From Chlorokybus atmophyticus (lineage: Eukaryota > Plantae > Mesostigma and Chlorokybus algae), in NCBI GenBank assembly GCA_009103225.1, contig RHPI01001715.1, forward strand, positions 1,082,011 through 1,146,010: 64,000 bases of DNA, written 5' to 3'. The notes under the pieces are model-generated. The model was given only the letters and a program-made list of their open reading frames with translations, was not told the origin of the DNA and did no database searches. Shown here one piece after another: positions 62,001 to 64,000 of the stretch. Every line of letters starts with the position of its first letter. The stretch's first letter is position 1. Both the position numbers and the translations under genes were made by a program.

Positions 62001-63554
62001 TAGTCCTAAAATCCCGTCAAACCCGCTCCGTAGGGTGATGCAGGAAAATCGCATATTCTCTTTCATCTTGCCAATGCGAACGCACAACTCTTTGGTCATA
62101 AACGCAGCGCCATTACCTCTAGAGGGTGGCTCTCCATCAGCAAGCTTCACTTCACCTCGTAATGACGAAAACCAACCGTAACGCCGCGCAATATCAATAC
62201 TCATAAAGTTGCTGTTGGCACCGCTATTAATCATGAGCTTACACTCCCTCCATCGTCCTTGGTCATCGCAAATGTGTGCTCGAAGCCCGAAGTACTTTGT
62301 TGTCTCCTCTTTTGCATAACTCACCACCGTTGGCGCGTTCATAGCCATCTCCTCTTGCTTTCTTGATGGAAATGTCACAGCATCCGTCCGTGCATGAGGC
62401 TCCTTCTTATCCCCAGCAGTAGCCTCCTCACCTACTGGGAGAAGTCATTTTCCTGCTCCACGCCATTTTGCTCCATGGTGTTGACGCGACAATCACGGCG
62501 AGGGTTGCCAATCGGTGTTAGCCTTTGCATGCTTTGTTTGGGGCATTCGTACGCCAAATGCTCAGTCGACCCACACGCATAACACTTGCGCACACCTTTA
62601 CCTCTTTCACCACGTCCGCCATGCTTCGCCTCACTTCCACGCGTGTGTATGGCACCCACCTCCATTGGTGCAGGCCCAAAGTCAGCTCCACCTCCATTGG
62701 CAAGCGCTAAACTTGGTTCTCCTTGTCTCCATGCATGTTGAAAGCCTCCCCGAGGCTGATCACCATGCCTTTGCCTACAGTCAGTGTTTCTTGTGGTGGA
62801 CTTGAAGTACATCGCGTCGAGACGCTCCGCGATGCATATAGCCTCCGCGAGTGTTTTAGGGTCCCGTAGCTCCACTTCTTTACGGCCCGAAGGTTATAAA
62901 CCACGTGTATACCTGTCCAGCTGCTCCTCCTCCGTCATATTGGGTATGGACATCACCAATCGCTGAAACGCAGCCGTGTACGCCATCACCGACCCCATTT
63001 GTACAAGGGCTGCAAGTTGGTCGCTTGCGGCCTTCACGCTCTCAACGGGAACAACAAATTGAAGCCTGACCTCCAGTGCCAACTCTTCCATGGTGGTCAA
63101 TGGTAGCGCCAACCCATTTGCGACACGCGTACATCGATGCCTCCACCATACAAGTGCTGCACCTTCAAGCAATGTCGCTGCACCCTCCACGTGCAGATGC
63201 GTGGGCACCTCCATGAGCTTCAACCAAGACGATACTTGAAAATTCCATTCATCCACCGCATCCATCACGTTGACCCTTGAATGGCTTGGGCTTTGGCACC
63301 TTCACATGCACGCGCGAGCTTGATGCCATGGGAACTTGTACACGCGCCATCGCATGCTCATACGCCTCGCGTTGTGCTTGTGCCGCCGCTTGAGTGTGAT
63401 GAAGCTCCTCCTTCAATGCTAAGATGGCAGCATGAAGCTCTTCCATGCGAGCATCCTCCATCTCCACTAACACACCACACTCCGTTTCCGAATGAAAAGT
63501 GTAAACGCCCACACACTTCCGCTCTCCCTTCGTAAATCGTGCTCCGATACCAGT

Positions 63555-64000
63555 TGTGACGGTGCTCGTGCCTTGCCACCTGTGAGTTGGTCCAATCAAC
63601 AACCCTCTCACCAAGGCACAGTATTCACACCGGAACCTTGCCCCCTCTGCCAAGCACACACGCGCGCCCCGCCACTCGCGTACGCACTCGCATGCGCTCG
63701 AAGCTACACACCGACTTGTGCAGCGCCTTGGATCGTCACACAAGCAAGCATACACCAGTGGACACTTGCTAGCAACCCCTGCTAACCACCACCAAGCTTG
63801 CACACAAGAAACTAGGGAGCTAAAGGTTGTATTGCAAATTGTAGAATGTCACTTTTATACCTACCAGTCTGCACATGCTACTATCTAGACAAATCTAGCG
63901 CTAGACAGAACTAGAAGCTAAGATATTCTTGCAGAATCTTGTAGTACACTTCTAGACCTTTCCGACGTACCAAAGATCTCCTCATTTGCTGCTCATATGG
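63555..64000 (-). repeat. 5-prime LTR of the third retroelement (partial)
   Basis: Ends in CA two nucleotides before an initiator-tRNA-Met-type PBS. Confidence 0.75.

Larger units (their letters stand above)
58600..64000 (-). mobile_element. Decayed chromoviral Ty3/Gypsy LTR retrotransposon; 5-prime LTR runs off the window and the 3-prime LTR appears largely missing
   Basis: PBS TGGTATCGGAGC at 63541-63552 after LTR end GTCACA (63555). gag with CYACGSTEHLAYEC; protease INSGANSNF; [10 protein letters not shown] and YLDD; RH; IN; GPF motif; chromodomain EVEDILG...VKWKGY...SWEPE. PPT at 58605-58617 followed by TGTAAC. Confidence 0.92.

Overview
This is eukaryotic nuclear DNA with GT-AG introns and plant/green-algal-type genes; a green alga or early streptophyte is my inference only. 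Host genes: a nitrilase-like NIT1/NLP2 (first exon only), an NPU-like membrane protein, TELO2, a DDX20-like DEAD-box helicase, a ChaC-type gamma-glutamylcyclotransferase, IPK2 and RAD4/XPC. There is also a decayed F-box/LRR gene and an intron-containing gene with bacterial-style PKD repeats. About 40% of the window is transposon-derived. It includes two decayed chromoviral Ty3/Gypsy elements and a probable decayed KDZ-type DNA transposon next to a SET-domain pseudogene. The standout is a 7.3-kb Ty3/Gypsy-like retroelement (11112-18416, minus strand). It encodes a DDE integrase with a C-terminal PHD finger but has split direct repeats (X1-coding-Y1-X2-Y2) rather than two LTRs, an arrangement otherwise associated with tyrosine-recombinase elements such as TOC1, PAT and Ngaro. 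It has TGTC...GACA ends, a 4-bp AAGC target-site duplication, an internal palindromic copy of the joined ends (GACA-GC-TGTC), a candidate self-priming PBS and no recognisable protease. All calls were made by eye from the sequence and ORF track; no database searches were run.
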